A DNA stretch of 62,744 nucleotides, the filler included, from Basidioascus undulatus (Eukaryota), in NCBI GenBank assembly GCA_000826855.1. It is 4 parts of 4 records of this genome, joined end to end, with 100 filler letters (N's around TTAATTAATTAA, not from the genome) between each part and the next. Parts side by side here need not be neighbours in the genome. Positions count along the whole stretch, not along the records: positions 47,144 to 62,744 come from JTLS01000636.1; 3 more parts are not named here. One strand, given 5' to 3'. Every line of letters begins with the position of its first letter. Positions within the stretch are counted from its first letter, which is position 1. The notes under the pieces are model-generated. The model was not told the origin of the DNA. It saw nothing but the letters and a program-made list of their open reading frames with translations, and made no database searches. Both the position numbers and the translations under genes were made by a program. Shown one piece after another: positions 47,144 through 59,605 of this stretch.

Positions 47144-49310
47144 ATCCTCACCCGCCGGTCCGGGCGGGACGGCCCAAATCCGGATCTACGACCCCTTCAG
47201 CCCCTCTGCGTTCCTCCTCACGCCGCGCCCACTTTTCACCTCAGACCCCACGCTGGCCGTCACCTCCGCGGCGCTCCTCCCTGGCTCCTCTGAGCGCATC
47301 TTCCTCGGCCACCAAGGCGGGCACGTCTCCATCTGGGCCGACCGCGCGTGCACGGGCGTCGTGAAGGTCTCGTCCGGGCAGGTGACCGCCCTGGAGGGCA
47401 TTGCCGGGCGTCTGTGGGCCGGGTTCGGGGATGGGCACGTGGCGGTATATGATGTAGGGGGAGAGGAAGGGGGGAAGTGGAAGGTCGTCCAGGCGTGGCA
47501 GGCCCATCGGGAGAAGGTCACGCGCATACGCGTGGATGAGCGGTCGGTCGTGGAGGTGCGTCTTGGAGAGGAGGGAAGGAGGGGATGGGGGAGGTGGACG
47601 CTGATGTGTGGGCGGGGGTGGAGGCGGATAGGGAAGACTCGCGGTCGTTACGAGCGGGATGGACTGGATGGTCCACTTCTGGGACGGGCTGCTCAAGCAC
47701 ACCTGGACGAGTACGTTCGTCCCCCCACTCATAAGAAAAGAGAGTACATAAGAGACGAAGAAAGAAGAGAACTGACGCCTCTGCCCCGCTCACTTTCTCC
47801 TCGCCAGCCAACGCCCTACTCCAGCGCGAGCCCGAGTTCTGCACCTTCCGCCCCATGAAGGTCCTCATCGTCTCGTGGAACATCGACGCGTCCAAGCCGG
47901 CCGACCTATACGGCAGCGTGCCCAACATGGAGTTTCTCCAGAACGCGCTCGGCAGCTTCGACGCGCCCGACATCATCGTCTTTGGGTTCCAGGAGCTCAT
48001 TGACTTGGAGGACAAGAAACTCACGGCGAGTGCGTACCCTGCCCTGCCGCCCCCCCGCCCCTCTCTTTTCCCAGTTCCCTTGCGGTTATGAGCTCGCAAT
48101 CAGGGAACATAGACTGGACGATGCTGATGCGCAAGGCTGGGTCTGGCAGAGACGATGCTCCTGTCGAAGAAAAAGACGGACTCGGCGCTGTCGGATAAGA
48201 TCTCGCACTCGTACCGGCTCTGGTACGACCGGCTCGTGCAGGCCGTCCGGCTCGCGATGCCCGTCGACTCACCCTACACGCCCCTCCACGCCGAGAACAT
48301 GGTCGGCCTGTTCTCGTGCATCTTCGTTAAGCACGCCGACCGCGAGGGATTGCGCGACGTCGCGATTACCACCATCAAGACGGGCCTCAAGGGGCGGTAC
48401 GGGAACAAGGTGCGCGACTGCCCCCATTTTTTCTTCCCCTCGACGATCGCCGTGAAACTGACAAAGGAGGGGCCGGCTTAGGGCGCGATCATCTCCCGCT
48501 TCGTCTTTGACGACTCGAGCTTCTGCTTCATCAACGTGCATCTCGCCGCGGGGCAGAAGCACGTCAAGCAGCGCAACGCGGACCTCGTGACGATCCTTGA
48601 GGAGAAGGCGCCGTTCGCGAGCGACCCCGTCTCGACGGACCTGCCGTACGTCGGTGGCGGGGACGGCTCGGCCGTGATGGACCATGAGCTCACGTTCTTG
48701 AACGGCGATGTGAGTCTCGCACTCCTCGGAGGAGATTAAGATGTGGCCTGGCTGACGAGTTGGTGCGGTGCGGCGCGCAGCTGAACTACCGCATTGACTT
48801 GCGCAGGGAGGTCGTCATTGCATCGGTCGCGAAGAACGACCTGTCCTACCTCCTCGAGCACGACCGTGCGTCTCTCCTTCGCTGGCTCTCATCTCGCTCA
48901 TCCTCACCTGACATCCACCCTCCGCGCGCACAGAGCTCAACAAAGAGATGCGCAACAACCCGTCCTTCCGGCTGCGCACATTCGTCGAGCCGCCCATCAC
49001 CTTCGCGCCCACGTACAAGTACGACCGCGGGACGGACATCTACGACACGTCTGAGAAGCGGCGCTGCCCGGCGTGGTGCGACCGCGTGCTCGCGCAGTGC
49101 CGCGAGCCGGGGCGCATCACGCCCGTCCACTACCGCCGCTATGAGCCCACCGTCAGCGACCACCGCCCGATCTCGGCAGCCTTTAGCGCGGTCGTCAAGA
49201 AGATCGTGCATGACAAGCGCGCGCGCGTCGCGGCTGAGGTCGAGGGCGTGTGGGAGCTGACGGAGGCACAGCTCCTCGCGGACGCGGCGAGCTTCTATGA
49301 GCACTGGTGA
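47144..49310 (+). CDS. Inositol polyphosphate 5-phosphatase with upstream WD/beta-propeller-like region, 5' truncated
   Basis: IVSWNIDA, VFGFQELIDL, GRYGNKGAI, FCFINVHLAAGQ, NGDLNYRI, FAPTYKYD, PAWCDRVL, SDHRPI. Confidence 0.92.
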
Positions 49311-49566
49311 TAGACTAGACTCCTTTTCTTCATCCTCATCTCTCTTTATCTTTTGCTGTCTGTTTGTTTTCGCTCGTTGCATCGTACACTCTTTATCTCC
49401 TGCCTTCCTCCGCCACTTCACTTCGCATCGCATTTCACTTCCACGCCTGGACGCTCATTTCCGGTTTCATGTACCCTATCCGCATCTACACATGCGCATG
49501 ACTCTAAACACGCACAGATGCGCTGACTATTGCAAGCATCTTATAAGGTCTGCATGCGCGAACTAT

Positions 49567-50588
49567 CTATCGAAGAGCAAACGTCCGGACGGGGAAGAGC
49601 TCGGCCGGGAACCCGCGCTGCAGCTCCTCCTTCACCAGCGTCAGACCCGTCTGCTCGAACACCCTTAGGAAGGCTTGTCTTGATCTGCATCAGAGTTCAT
49701 AAGGTCAGCAAATAGATTAACGCGTGCTGCGGAGGGGAGGAGGATACGGACCTAGTGGTGGATGAGTCCTCGTCGTCGAACAGCGTCGCCGGCCCACCAT
49801 CGTCCGCGTCGGCACAGATGTTTTCCTGCAGCGACCAAACAAGTTTTTATATCGTACATGTAAAGTATCCAGGCTCCACAAACAGTAGAAACGCACCTTC
49901 ACCACAATAACGCCGTCCATGCTCCCGTCCCCGCCCAACTTCCTCAGCGCGCCCTGCGCCTTCTTCAAAAACGCCACAAGCTCGGGATCCGACAGATGAC
50001 CAAGACACCACTGGGCCATAATCACGTCGTACTCTCCCTCGGGCGCCCACTCCTGCAGGCCCTGTTGCTTGAACGTCACGGTCTTCGACGCGTCCGCGAC
50101 GCCGCGCCAGGACTTGGAGAGCTTCTGCGCCTCCGCAACGAACTTGGGCGTGGGCTCGACGAGCTCGACGTCGTCCACAACGTGCAGGAGTACATCTTTC
50201 GAGACGCGCCCGATGCCTGCGCCGGCTTCGAGCGCGCGTGTGCGGAAGGGCGAGGGCGAGGGGCTGGGGTTGAGCGGGGTCGGGATGAGGGAGAGGCGCG
50301 GGAGGAGGTGCAGGATGAAGAGCCGGCTTGAGAGCGCGTCGACGCGGGGGAGAGTCTGGAAGTAAAGACCGTGCTTCGTCAGCATACGCCAATCGGTGGG
50401 AGGGTCGTACTCGGAACGTACACCGAGGCCTGCATCGTCGCCCGTTCCTGCTCAGCCTTCGTTCTGCGCTCAGATTATCACGTCTACGACGCACCAAATC
50501 CACCCAAGACGCCGTTCACGGACGCCTCCACGTTGCTCCAGTACTCGACACCCTTCTTGAAATCGGGCTTGCGCTCGTTGGTGCTCAT
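49567..50588 (-). CDS. TAE1: Alpha-N-terminal protein methyltransferase (Ntm1/Tae1)
   Basis: GVEYWSNVEASVNGVLGGFG, RALEAGAGIGRVSK, VELVEP, YDVIMAQWCLGHLSD, IVVKEN, FDDEDSSTTR, QRGFPAELFPVRTFALR*. Confidence 0.92.
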
Positions 50589-50955
50589 CGTGGCGCGTTG
50601 AAAGAGAAGAGACGTTCGGGATGCAGAGGATGTGAAGGACCCCGCCGGTGGGAGGAGAGTCGCGCGAGCGATGGAAGCGAGGCGTCGTCCAAAGACCGTG
50701 CGGGAAGCCAGATTGCTCTACACGCGGTACGAATCGGTCAAGGGAGGGCAGAAAAGCGTCGAGGCAAGCTGGAAGGTGCAGCGGCAAGCGAAGGGAGAAG
50801 GCCAGCAGGCGTGGGACAACCTGAGTCTGAGACAGCACAGCTGTGACAATCGCCAAACACCCAGGCATTTTAGTTTCAAATAGGAGAGCGAAATCGAGGA
50901 CGCAGAAAACGGCAACGCGATGCAATGATATGCGACGATCGAGGCGATGCAATGT

Positions 50956-53900
50956 TCAGACCCGCTCGTACAGATACAGGTACGCCAGGCCCTTCAGCTT
51001 CTCCACGCTCTCACCCTCCGCCTTCACGACCTGTTCGTACGCAGTGGTCAGTGTCGAGCTCAACGCGCATAAACGGAAGCGCGCAGTTCCAACGCACCTT
51101 CTCATCGTTGAACAGCACCCAGCCATCGTTCGTGCGTATGTGCGCGACGTAGTGCCCCGAGTGCACCGACGGGCCCTTGTGCGAAATGAACGCCTTGAGG
51201 CGGTACTTCGCAGGCAGCTCCTTGGAACCAGGAAGAACGGGCTCCGCCGGGGCCGCGCCGGCGTCGGCAGCGGGCGCCTCGTCCTCGCCCGTATCGTCGG
51301 GGTGGTTGAAGAGCCATTCCACCGCACGCTCCGGGTCGCCGCCCTGTCGGAGCGAATAGTCAGCATCGGTGGATCTCAAGTTGAGCACGAAAACGACCTA
51401 CAGTCTCGCGGAGAGCCTTGCGAGCTTGAGCAGGCGTGAAGCCCATGTCGCCCAGCATCGCGACCTGCTCGGCTGAGGGCTCGTTGGCGGTCGCACGGCC
51501 AGCCGACGGGGTCGGAAGAGGGGCGTCGATATCTGTCGTGGATACGGAAAAAAAAGTCAGTAATTAAATGTAAGTGCTTCACATGTGGAAACGAACCAGG
51601 ATCTTCCATGTGCGCGAAGAGCCACTCCATCGCAGCTTCGCCGGACGAGTTGCCGGTGGCGAGCAAGGCGCGCTTGCAGCGGATCTCGGGGAAGCCCATG
51701 CCGGTGAGCATCGCCATCGCACTCGCGTTGAATGTCGGCTCGGCGGGCCGAGCTGCCAGCCGTCCGTGTTAGCTCGCGCAAGAAAACGTTCCGAAAGAAA
51801 AGTCTGCGCACCGTCCGCCTCTTCAGGCAACTCCGTCTCGTCGTCCTGCTTGCCCTTGCCGACGTAAGGGTCGAGCTCGAGCTCGGACGTGTTCGTGACG
51901 GCGACGTCTGTGTCAACAAATATCAGTCACGGGAAGCCAACAGCGGAACGTTAGCGCAAGCGACGCACCGAGCTTCGTGGGCACCCAGTTAACAAGCTGG
52001 AAACGGCGCGAGTGCACGACGAGCGTCTCGGGGAAGGTGGTGAAGCGCGTCCGCCTGATGCCGCCGAGTTCGTCAGCAACGTCCTTGGGGTCGAGCCAAA
52101 CAACGCGACGTACTTGAGAGCGTGGACGTTCTTCTTGCACGCCGGGCAGGAGTACTCGATCGACTCCTCGTTTGTCAGCAGGTCCACGCACGTCCGGAGA
52201 TCTACATCCTTGTAGACGATCTTCTCCTGGCCGCCCTCGTCGGTGATGCGCTGCTTCTCCTCGGCGGGGACGGGGACGCTAATGCTGTCCTGGTTGTCGA
52301 CGCGGTACCGAACGCCCTTGCATTCGGTGCACTGCAGGCGCTGCTCCATGCCAAACGCGAACGTCTGCGTCGCGTCCTCCTCGATGCCGAGACCGCGACG
52401 CTTGTGATCCTGCCGCAGCGTCTTGACGAGGTACGCGAGGAACTCCTCCGAGTCCTGCTGGCGCATGGTCGAGAACTCGGCGTGGCCCTTGCCGACGAGC
52501 GACTTGAACATGTTCGGCTTGATGCCCTCCTGGAAGACGGGCTTCGCGCGATCGGACTCGTCGGCGGACTCAGGGATCAGGTCTTCGGGCGGCGCGTCGG
52601 GGTCCGCCTCACGCGGCTTGCTGTACCGCCCGGAGAGCAGGCCGTCAGCGATCTTGGCCATCTGCATCTCGAGGTTTTGCGACGGGTCGGGCTCGGGCGT
52701 GAGGATCGAATGGGTGTAGAATGAGGTCAGGTAGCGGTCCTTGAAGGAAGGGAGCGAGAAGACGGCTTGGAGGACGGAGGCCATGTAGCAGCTATCGTCA
52801 AGACAAAGTCAATCGCGAGCGCTGCCGATCTATTCGGAAAGATCTCACCTGTTGCCGAGGTTCGCCAAGCCAGTCAGACCAGGGCCGAAGACAGGCTCGA
52901 GCGTCTTGCCGTCGTCGCCAGTCATGCTGAAGTCGAACTTCATGTTCTGCTCGAGTTGCTGCAGAGCGAGATGGGTGTCAACGCAATGCCAGCGCAGTAC
53001 GAGCCGTTACGACCGCTCACCAGCTCCGTCATGCTCTTTTCCGTCTTGACCTGGCTCGCGATGTTGATGCCGAAGTTCGCGAGGTCCTTGGCGAGGTTCG
53101 GGTCGATGCGAGCGTCGTTGCACGCGTAGCAGTAGATGTCTGAGAGAAATAAATATGATTGCTCGTCGTCGTCTCGGGCAGTGAAAATGACGCACCGGCG
53201 TTGCCCTCGGAAGTGATGGTCCCCAGTTTGACCGCGAGCGGGTGCCCAGTCGCGTCATAGTGCGCGAGACCATGCGAGTGGCCGCCGCCCATGCCGCCAT
53301 CCTTTCCGGCGCCCCACTGCTCGCGGCCGCAGCCGAGGTTGCCGCAGGTGAGGCAGAGCCAGAGGTTCTCGTTGAGTTCGCACTGAGAGCAGTGCGCGCC
53401 TGTGTCCCGCAGCGGACCTCGTCAGCCCAGTGGCGAAAGCGTAACCTCGGAGAGAGCGACGCACCTGGAGATTCGACCTTCCTCGGGGGAACCTGATTCT
53501 CTGCTACGCACACGGAGTGCTCGCACGCCTCGATCTCCTCCTCCCACGCCTTGACCTCGGACTGACGCGCCGAGGACATCGACGTCATGACCGCGTCCAC
53601 GACCTCCATCACCTATTTCCACGGCACCAGCCCTGTGAGCACCCGCCCCGCATCATACCGGTCCCAAAGGCCACGCACCTTGCCCTCCGGTGCCGGCAGC
53701 TCGATCTCGCCGCAAGCATGGCACTTGAGACGAGTCTCGAACTCGTACTTGTCCTCGTCGCGGTCCTCCTCGATCATGAGCCGCTTGAGCGGCGGCTCGA
53801 GCTCGTCCTGCAAGAACAGGACAGTCAGCACCTCCAGTCCCAGCACACACCGAGAACCCGCGGAAGCACAGACCCTCACTTTCTTGACTCTTGGCTTCTG

Positions 53901-54264
53901 CTTGCGCTTGACGTTGACGACGAGCGGGTGGCCGGTGTGCTCGAAGTGCGTCTGGCCGTGCTGGCGATCGGCCGCAGCGCAGCCACCGTTGAAGCAGCTC
54001 AAGCAGACGTCAATTCCGTCGGGACCGTCCTACACGAACAAAGAGGAGAAGATGAGGGCGGCAGAACTGGGAGTCAGTCCCGGCAACCCGCACCGACGCC
54101 CGGTCAACTCGCTTCCCGTCCCCTGCGACCAGTTGCGGTAGAAGAGGAGGAGTACAAACCTGGTTGTCAAAGCAGAGAGTGCACTCCTCGCGGTGCACAT
54201 GCTGGGAGATCCGAGGCGGTAGAAGCCTGGGACCGAGGTCGGTAAGATGCGGGCAAGAAGTCAT
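50956..54264 (-). CDS. UBP14: Ubiquitin carboxyl-terminal hydrolase 14 (USP5/isopeptidase T)
   Basis: VHREECTLCFD, zf-UBP NLWLCLTCGNLGCGR, GLANLGNSCYMASVLQ, RQQDSEEF, two UBA-like segments, FISHKGPSVHSGHYVAHI. Confidence 0.95.
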
Positions 54265-54446
54265 GATGGTGGTTAAGGGAAGGTAGGCGAGGCGCGGGCG
54301 GCTCGCTTTCACGGGACAGTCGATGCTCACTGCGTCACTTTCTTGCTGTTCAACATCTTCCGAAAAATAGCTCGCAAAAGGTGGGGCAAATTTGGTATCA
54401 GGATACAAACAAGGACAGGGATCTAAAGGGCTCGCAGTCAAAGAAA

Positions 54447-55068
54447 TCAACAAGCCATTGCCACCTGCGCGCTATTTCGAGTATCGTTCAAGTCGACGGC
54501 GACTGGGATGAAGCATGAAAATGTGGTAGATGATGATAGTTGCTTCGAATGAGGGGTACCAGAGTACGACGGTTGGGCGGATGGAGGTTTAGGGAAGAGC
54601 GCCTCGATCGCCAGTCGGTCCTCCTCGTCGACGTCCTCCAGGTCGTCCGACAGGCAACACATCGGTTCCTCATCCTCGTCGTCCTCTTCGTCCTCCGAGG
54701 AGCTGCCGGAGCTGAAGCTTGGGGTAACTGGCCGCGAGATCTGCGCAGCGTCGGGTTCCTCGTCCGGATCGTCGTCGTCGAACATAGAGACTTCACGAAC
54801 CGAGATTTCGGCCTGCGTGCGACCCTGCCTTCAGCTCCTCCGTCCCCGTGCACCAAACCGACCCAAATCTATGCCTTACGGTGATCAAATTATCCCAGCC
54901 CCCACCGAACCAGTCCACGTCCTGCTCGATGGAAGCTTCGACTCTCGCCTGGATGTGCGGCAGCGCGAGTGCTGCTTTGATCAAGACGTGTCGTCGCATG
55001 TAGTCGGGCCGGGAGTACGCAAGGCGAGTAGCTTTCTCGAACTTTCCGAGTGTGTGAGAGAGAAGCAT
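54447..55068 (-). CDS. Small hypothetical protein with SERTA-like N-terminal motif and acidic C-terminal half
   Basis: Two exons joined in phase 0 (..DNLIT|AEISVREVSMFDDDD..). N-terminus MLLSHTLGKFEKATRLAYSRPDYMRRHVLIKAAL. Confidence 0.6.
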
Positions 55069-55415
55069 TGTGATCTGTTGGACAGTGAAAGGAAGGTGGG
55101 GAACCGGTGAACCGGTGAAGACCCCGCAAAGAAAATATAAGGATGGCGAAGGACAGACGCGAACCTCAATGAAGACTCGCCGACTCGGATGCAGCACTTG
55201 AGGGCGGCGTGCCTCAATCGAAGTCCTCATCCCAAAATGTACGCGACTCTTCACCGACAGCGGACCCGCATGGCACAAAAGTATGTATCGATGAAAATTC
55301 AGAGACGCGAGCAGCGAGAATCGATGCGAAAGTGCAAGCGGAGTCGCGTGACTGCGTCGCACGAACATGAAGATTGAAGCGAAAGACGGCCCGTCCAAGC
55401 GGGCCTCACTTGGCC

Positions 55416-58400
55416 TCACACTTCCTCCTCTTCCACGAAACGCGGGGTACGCGAACCGTCGGCTGCTGGGGCACCCTGTTTTCTATACAAGTCGGCGAGC
55501 TCTTCGGCCGTCGTAGCGTCCTCGGGTCCCTTATCTTCGCGAATGCTCAAGAAGCGGGGAAACCGCACCGAGATGCCCCGTTCGGAAACCAGTCCCGACG
55601 CTGCAGGGTAGACCGGAGAGAGAGTAAAACTGGGAAGGAGGTCAGGAACGGTTGAAGCAGCGCGTGGAAAAGCTGGAAAGGCGCATGGCATGGCTTGCAG
55701 GCCACGCGAAAGACACTCACTCCGCACCGCGAATCTCCCAGACCTCGCAAGGCTCGAACCAAAAGTCCGGCTTCAGGCCTGCAAACGAAATGGGTCAGCT
55801 GGAGGCATATCTTTTCGGTCGCAAACCATGCGCAGTACCGCACGGAACACGTACCGGCTCCTTCAACGTATGGGAAAGGTTGCTTCGCTGTCTTGCCGCT
55901 GTCAGGCGCGTACCGGACATTGAGGTCCTTGTAGAACTGGTCGGTGAAACCTAAAATACAGACCGTCAGATGATCCGCACAACGGATAAGAGGTAGTTGC
56001 GCACCAGATATGATCTTGCAGACTGCCGTCCAGCCGCCAGCCTCCTCATCGTACACACCTGATGTGTCAAAACGAGCGTTGAGCGTCGAAAGTTCAAAGA
56101 CGAAGTGCCGAGAATGCTCACCGAGGAGGATAGGCGAGTACCATCCGGCCTTTCGACCGCTGCCATGCCAAGCACCGATAGGGACAAGGTCGAGGCTGAA
56201 CGAGCAGACGAGCTCAGCCGCAGCGATGTGAAATCCTCGCAAAGGAGGAGGAGCTCACGAGTCGCCAAGATCGCTGAGGTAGTCTTTCTTGACTTTGAGC
56301 CACGAATCGGCACGGCGATCTGATACGAGAATCGATTCAGCTGCTGTCGTTCGGTGAAAACAGTTGCTCGCAGTGAAGGCTTTCACACACACATACCTGG
56401 CTCGTATGACGCCGGAAGGACTTTGCGGCGTCTCTTGCCCTTGGACTTTGTCGGCGAGTCGTTTGTGCTTTCCTCGCCTTCGTCTTCCTCGTTCTCGTCC
56501 ACCTCTACCTCGTCCAAAAGCTGTGAAGCGTAGCAATTCAGCCGCTGCCTTCCTACGTTACTCAGCCGTCTTCGGACACGCGCCTTGACCATTATGCCTT
56601 CCGCTTTCATCTACTGACGTAACTTTCAGACCTAGGTCTTTTTCCAGAAAACGTCTGCAGAACCGCCAACGTACCTCGACGCTCTGCTCGAAGAAAGCCT
56701 TGACCTTCTCCGGCGCGCAGTCCTCGCAGCTCGGCACGAGATCCCACTTCGCGCATCTCGGGTCCTCCGGGCGTAGAAGCGGGAAGCGCGAGCGAAGAAG
56801 TTCACGGCGGCGGCGGAAGGGCTCTGTCAGAAGGCTCTGTGCAGGAACACTCGAGTCAGTCTTGACCGGTTGGCGAACTTACGACACCGGACCAACGTAC
56901 CTTCCCGTTCAAGAGCATGAGGTCGAAAGCGAACACCCCAACCCGGATTTTGACATCGCTGAGCTGTACATCCTTCCTTGTGCGGTTCGAGAGCTCTTGG
57001 AATGTCCGCAGGTCGGCGGTGACCGGGTCGATTGCCTGAGGATGTGTGAGCCAGGTGCTGCCTTAAGTCGGAAATGGGGAACAGGGACGAACTGCGATCT
57101 CCGCGTCTATGACAAAGGAGGTGAGAGGCTCGTCGTCCTGAGAAGGAGGTGAACGTGATACGAGGCCCTGTTGTCGGAGGAACTATCAGCAACAACGCCG
57201 TTGCGCGCCAAGCTGCACCGGCACCGGCTTTACCGAGATGGTCGGCAAAAGATCGGGGCTGCAAAGAGAGCGCATGAGCATTAACGTTTCATTATCGGAA
57301 ACCAGGCAACATACTATTTGTCCGTCACTGCAAGACAGAGTATCAAGTCAGCGGCGACTTTGAAAGAAAGTCTGAACGGCAACTCACTGTCTTCCAGATG
57401 CCTCGAAAATAATCTCACCCATACCCGCTGGCCATTGCTGCCGTCCGTCGGCTCGTACCACTTCCCGGCCCCGCCCGCGTCCTGCGGCGCCTCGAGCGCG
57501 ACGTGCAGCTGCACGCGCTGCCCGTCGAGCTTGGCCTCGGCGACGAAGGGGCGGTCGCTGAGCCGGTCGTAGACGTCTTGCAGCGATCGGGTGATGCTGC
57601 CGAGCATGGGTTGGAGGGGGGTGCCTGGAAAGGGAGCATGGCTTCAGCGGGATTTGCTCAGGAATAGAAATGCGACGGACGAACCGACTGCGAGGGGGAC
57701 GCGGGTTTCGAGGTCGGAGAGTCCTCCGGCGAGAAGCTAAAGAGCGAAGTTGGGGAGTTCAGTAGCGGTGATGCTAGTCAGGCTGCGACAAGACGTACAG
57801 CGTCCACGATATGTCCATAGTCCGGATGCCTCGCCCAAACGCCCCTCACGAGCTTCTCCGCCCTCCTAATCCGCTCCTCCACCTCCTCCCTCAGCCGGTC
57901 GCCCTTCTCCTTCACCTTTCCCTTCTTCCCCTCCTGCGCTCCCTCCGCTCTCGCCACCCTCCCACGCTCCTCCTCCGACACGGTGTACTCGCCCGTCCCG
58001 CCCGGTCCGGGGGTGAGGCAGAACGCGCGCGCGAGCGCCTGTGTGAGCGTGAGGCGGACGGCACCGATGCGGAGGTGCTGCACAAGCGTGCGAACGAGGA
58101 AGCGGGCCTCTTCGCCCCGCGCGGCGACGAGCAGCTTCTTTACGCGCTCGGTCTTCTCGGCTTGGGAACCTTGGCTGTAAACAACGAGACGAGATGGAGT
58201 TCAGCTCACGGTACCTTGAGAGAGGTCAAGGGTAAATGCGAAGACGGACCCCTTCATGCGAGCCATCGCTACCAGCGAGGCGTGCAGCGAGTGGCATACG
58301 AGCGGTGGAGGCGGCAGAAGTAGACGAAGGTTGCGCGTGGCCTCGAACGCGATGTCGCCTTGAGAAAGAACAGACAATGAGCGCTCAACAAGAATCTCAC

Positions 58401-59288
58401 AGACGGCTCAAGAGAAGAGTTACCGGCGTCGCCCAGCTTATTCGACAAAGCCTTGAGCGCCGCCGCGGAGAGTCCAGACACTGAGGAGATGGACTTGGTC
58501 AAGATGGTCGAGCCGATTCCGAGCTCGTTGTCGGTGTAGTGCGCGGGTCCCAACCTATTACTCGTTAGGTAGATGCAAGCTGTCGTCCCGCTAGAACTCA
58601 GCAAATCCCCTTCAACCATCGCCAACCAGCCTAAATGCTCACCCAGCAGCGACTCCGGATCATGCTCGATGACGACGCGCAGGAAGTTCGTGAGGATGCG
58701 GACGATGGCGAGGCGCGAGCGGGTGGAAGAGATGAGAACGAAAGCGGAGACGAGGTAGGAGTACGGTATGCGGCCCTTGGGCCAGGAGGAGGTGTCCACC
58801 GCTGTCCGCGCGTCGAAGACGAAGATGTCGGTGTCGAGCGAGATGGCGGGCTGCGAGGAAGTGGGCGGGTTCGGAGTGGAGAATGCCAGGGTTCGGGAGG
58901 GGGTGGGTTTCGAAGATGAGGGCGCGGAAAGCGTTCCGGAAGGTGTTTTGGGCTTTGGAGGAGAGGAAGGCCCTGCAGTGGGCTTCTCGACGATCTCCAC
59001 CGAGTCGTCCTCCTCCTCCGCCTTCCCTATCCCTCTGTCCCTCCTCGCCTTCTCGCGCGCCTCCTCCTCCCTCCGCAGCGCCTCCAGATCAATCCCCTCG
59101 CTGCGCGCCAGCTCGCGCGCGAACCTCGCGTCTGCTTCTTCCTGGGTGAGCTCGACCTGGGGCGCGGGCTCGGCGGCTTTTGCGGAAGGCCGCTTGAAGA
59201 ACGAGTCGAGGCGGGGCTGCTGTGCCGCCAGCTTGGGCTTCTTGGGCGAGTTTGAAGAGGACTCGACGCCCTTGCGTTTGGGTGGCAT
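55416..59288 (-). CDS. ATP-dependent DNA ligase I family, probably the second fungal paralog (Adl1/'Lig3'-like)
   Basis: [30 protein letters not shown] (motif I KxDG), [53 protein letters not shown]. Confidence 0.9.
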
Positions 59289-59605
59289 GGTCAGTCGATC
59301 TAGAGGAAGGAGAGATGAGGAGAAGAGAGGCAGGCAACCTGTGTGGGCGTCTCCCGTGTCTTCCTCGCTCGCTCCTGGCGATCGGCGCGGGAATCGAGGC
59401 TGCCTCCTTGCGTCATGTTCGGTCGCCTATCGCAACGACAACACGCAGCATAATTTTAACAATTTCAAGAATTGCAGTTCTAAGCAGTTCTAGTTCAGAC
59501 TTTACAACATCGTACGCGGCAGACAACGATTGAAGCAACGAGCGAAGGTAAGATAAGCAACATCCGCGACTCGAGACTCCCCACGCAGTCCAGTGCCCCC
59601 TCGCC

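Noticed and set aside
45760..49310. Apparent fusion of an MGRN1-like N-terminus with an inositol 5-phosphatase
   Set aside because: The two parts lie on different contigs separated by the artificial spacer.
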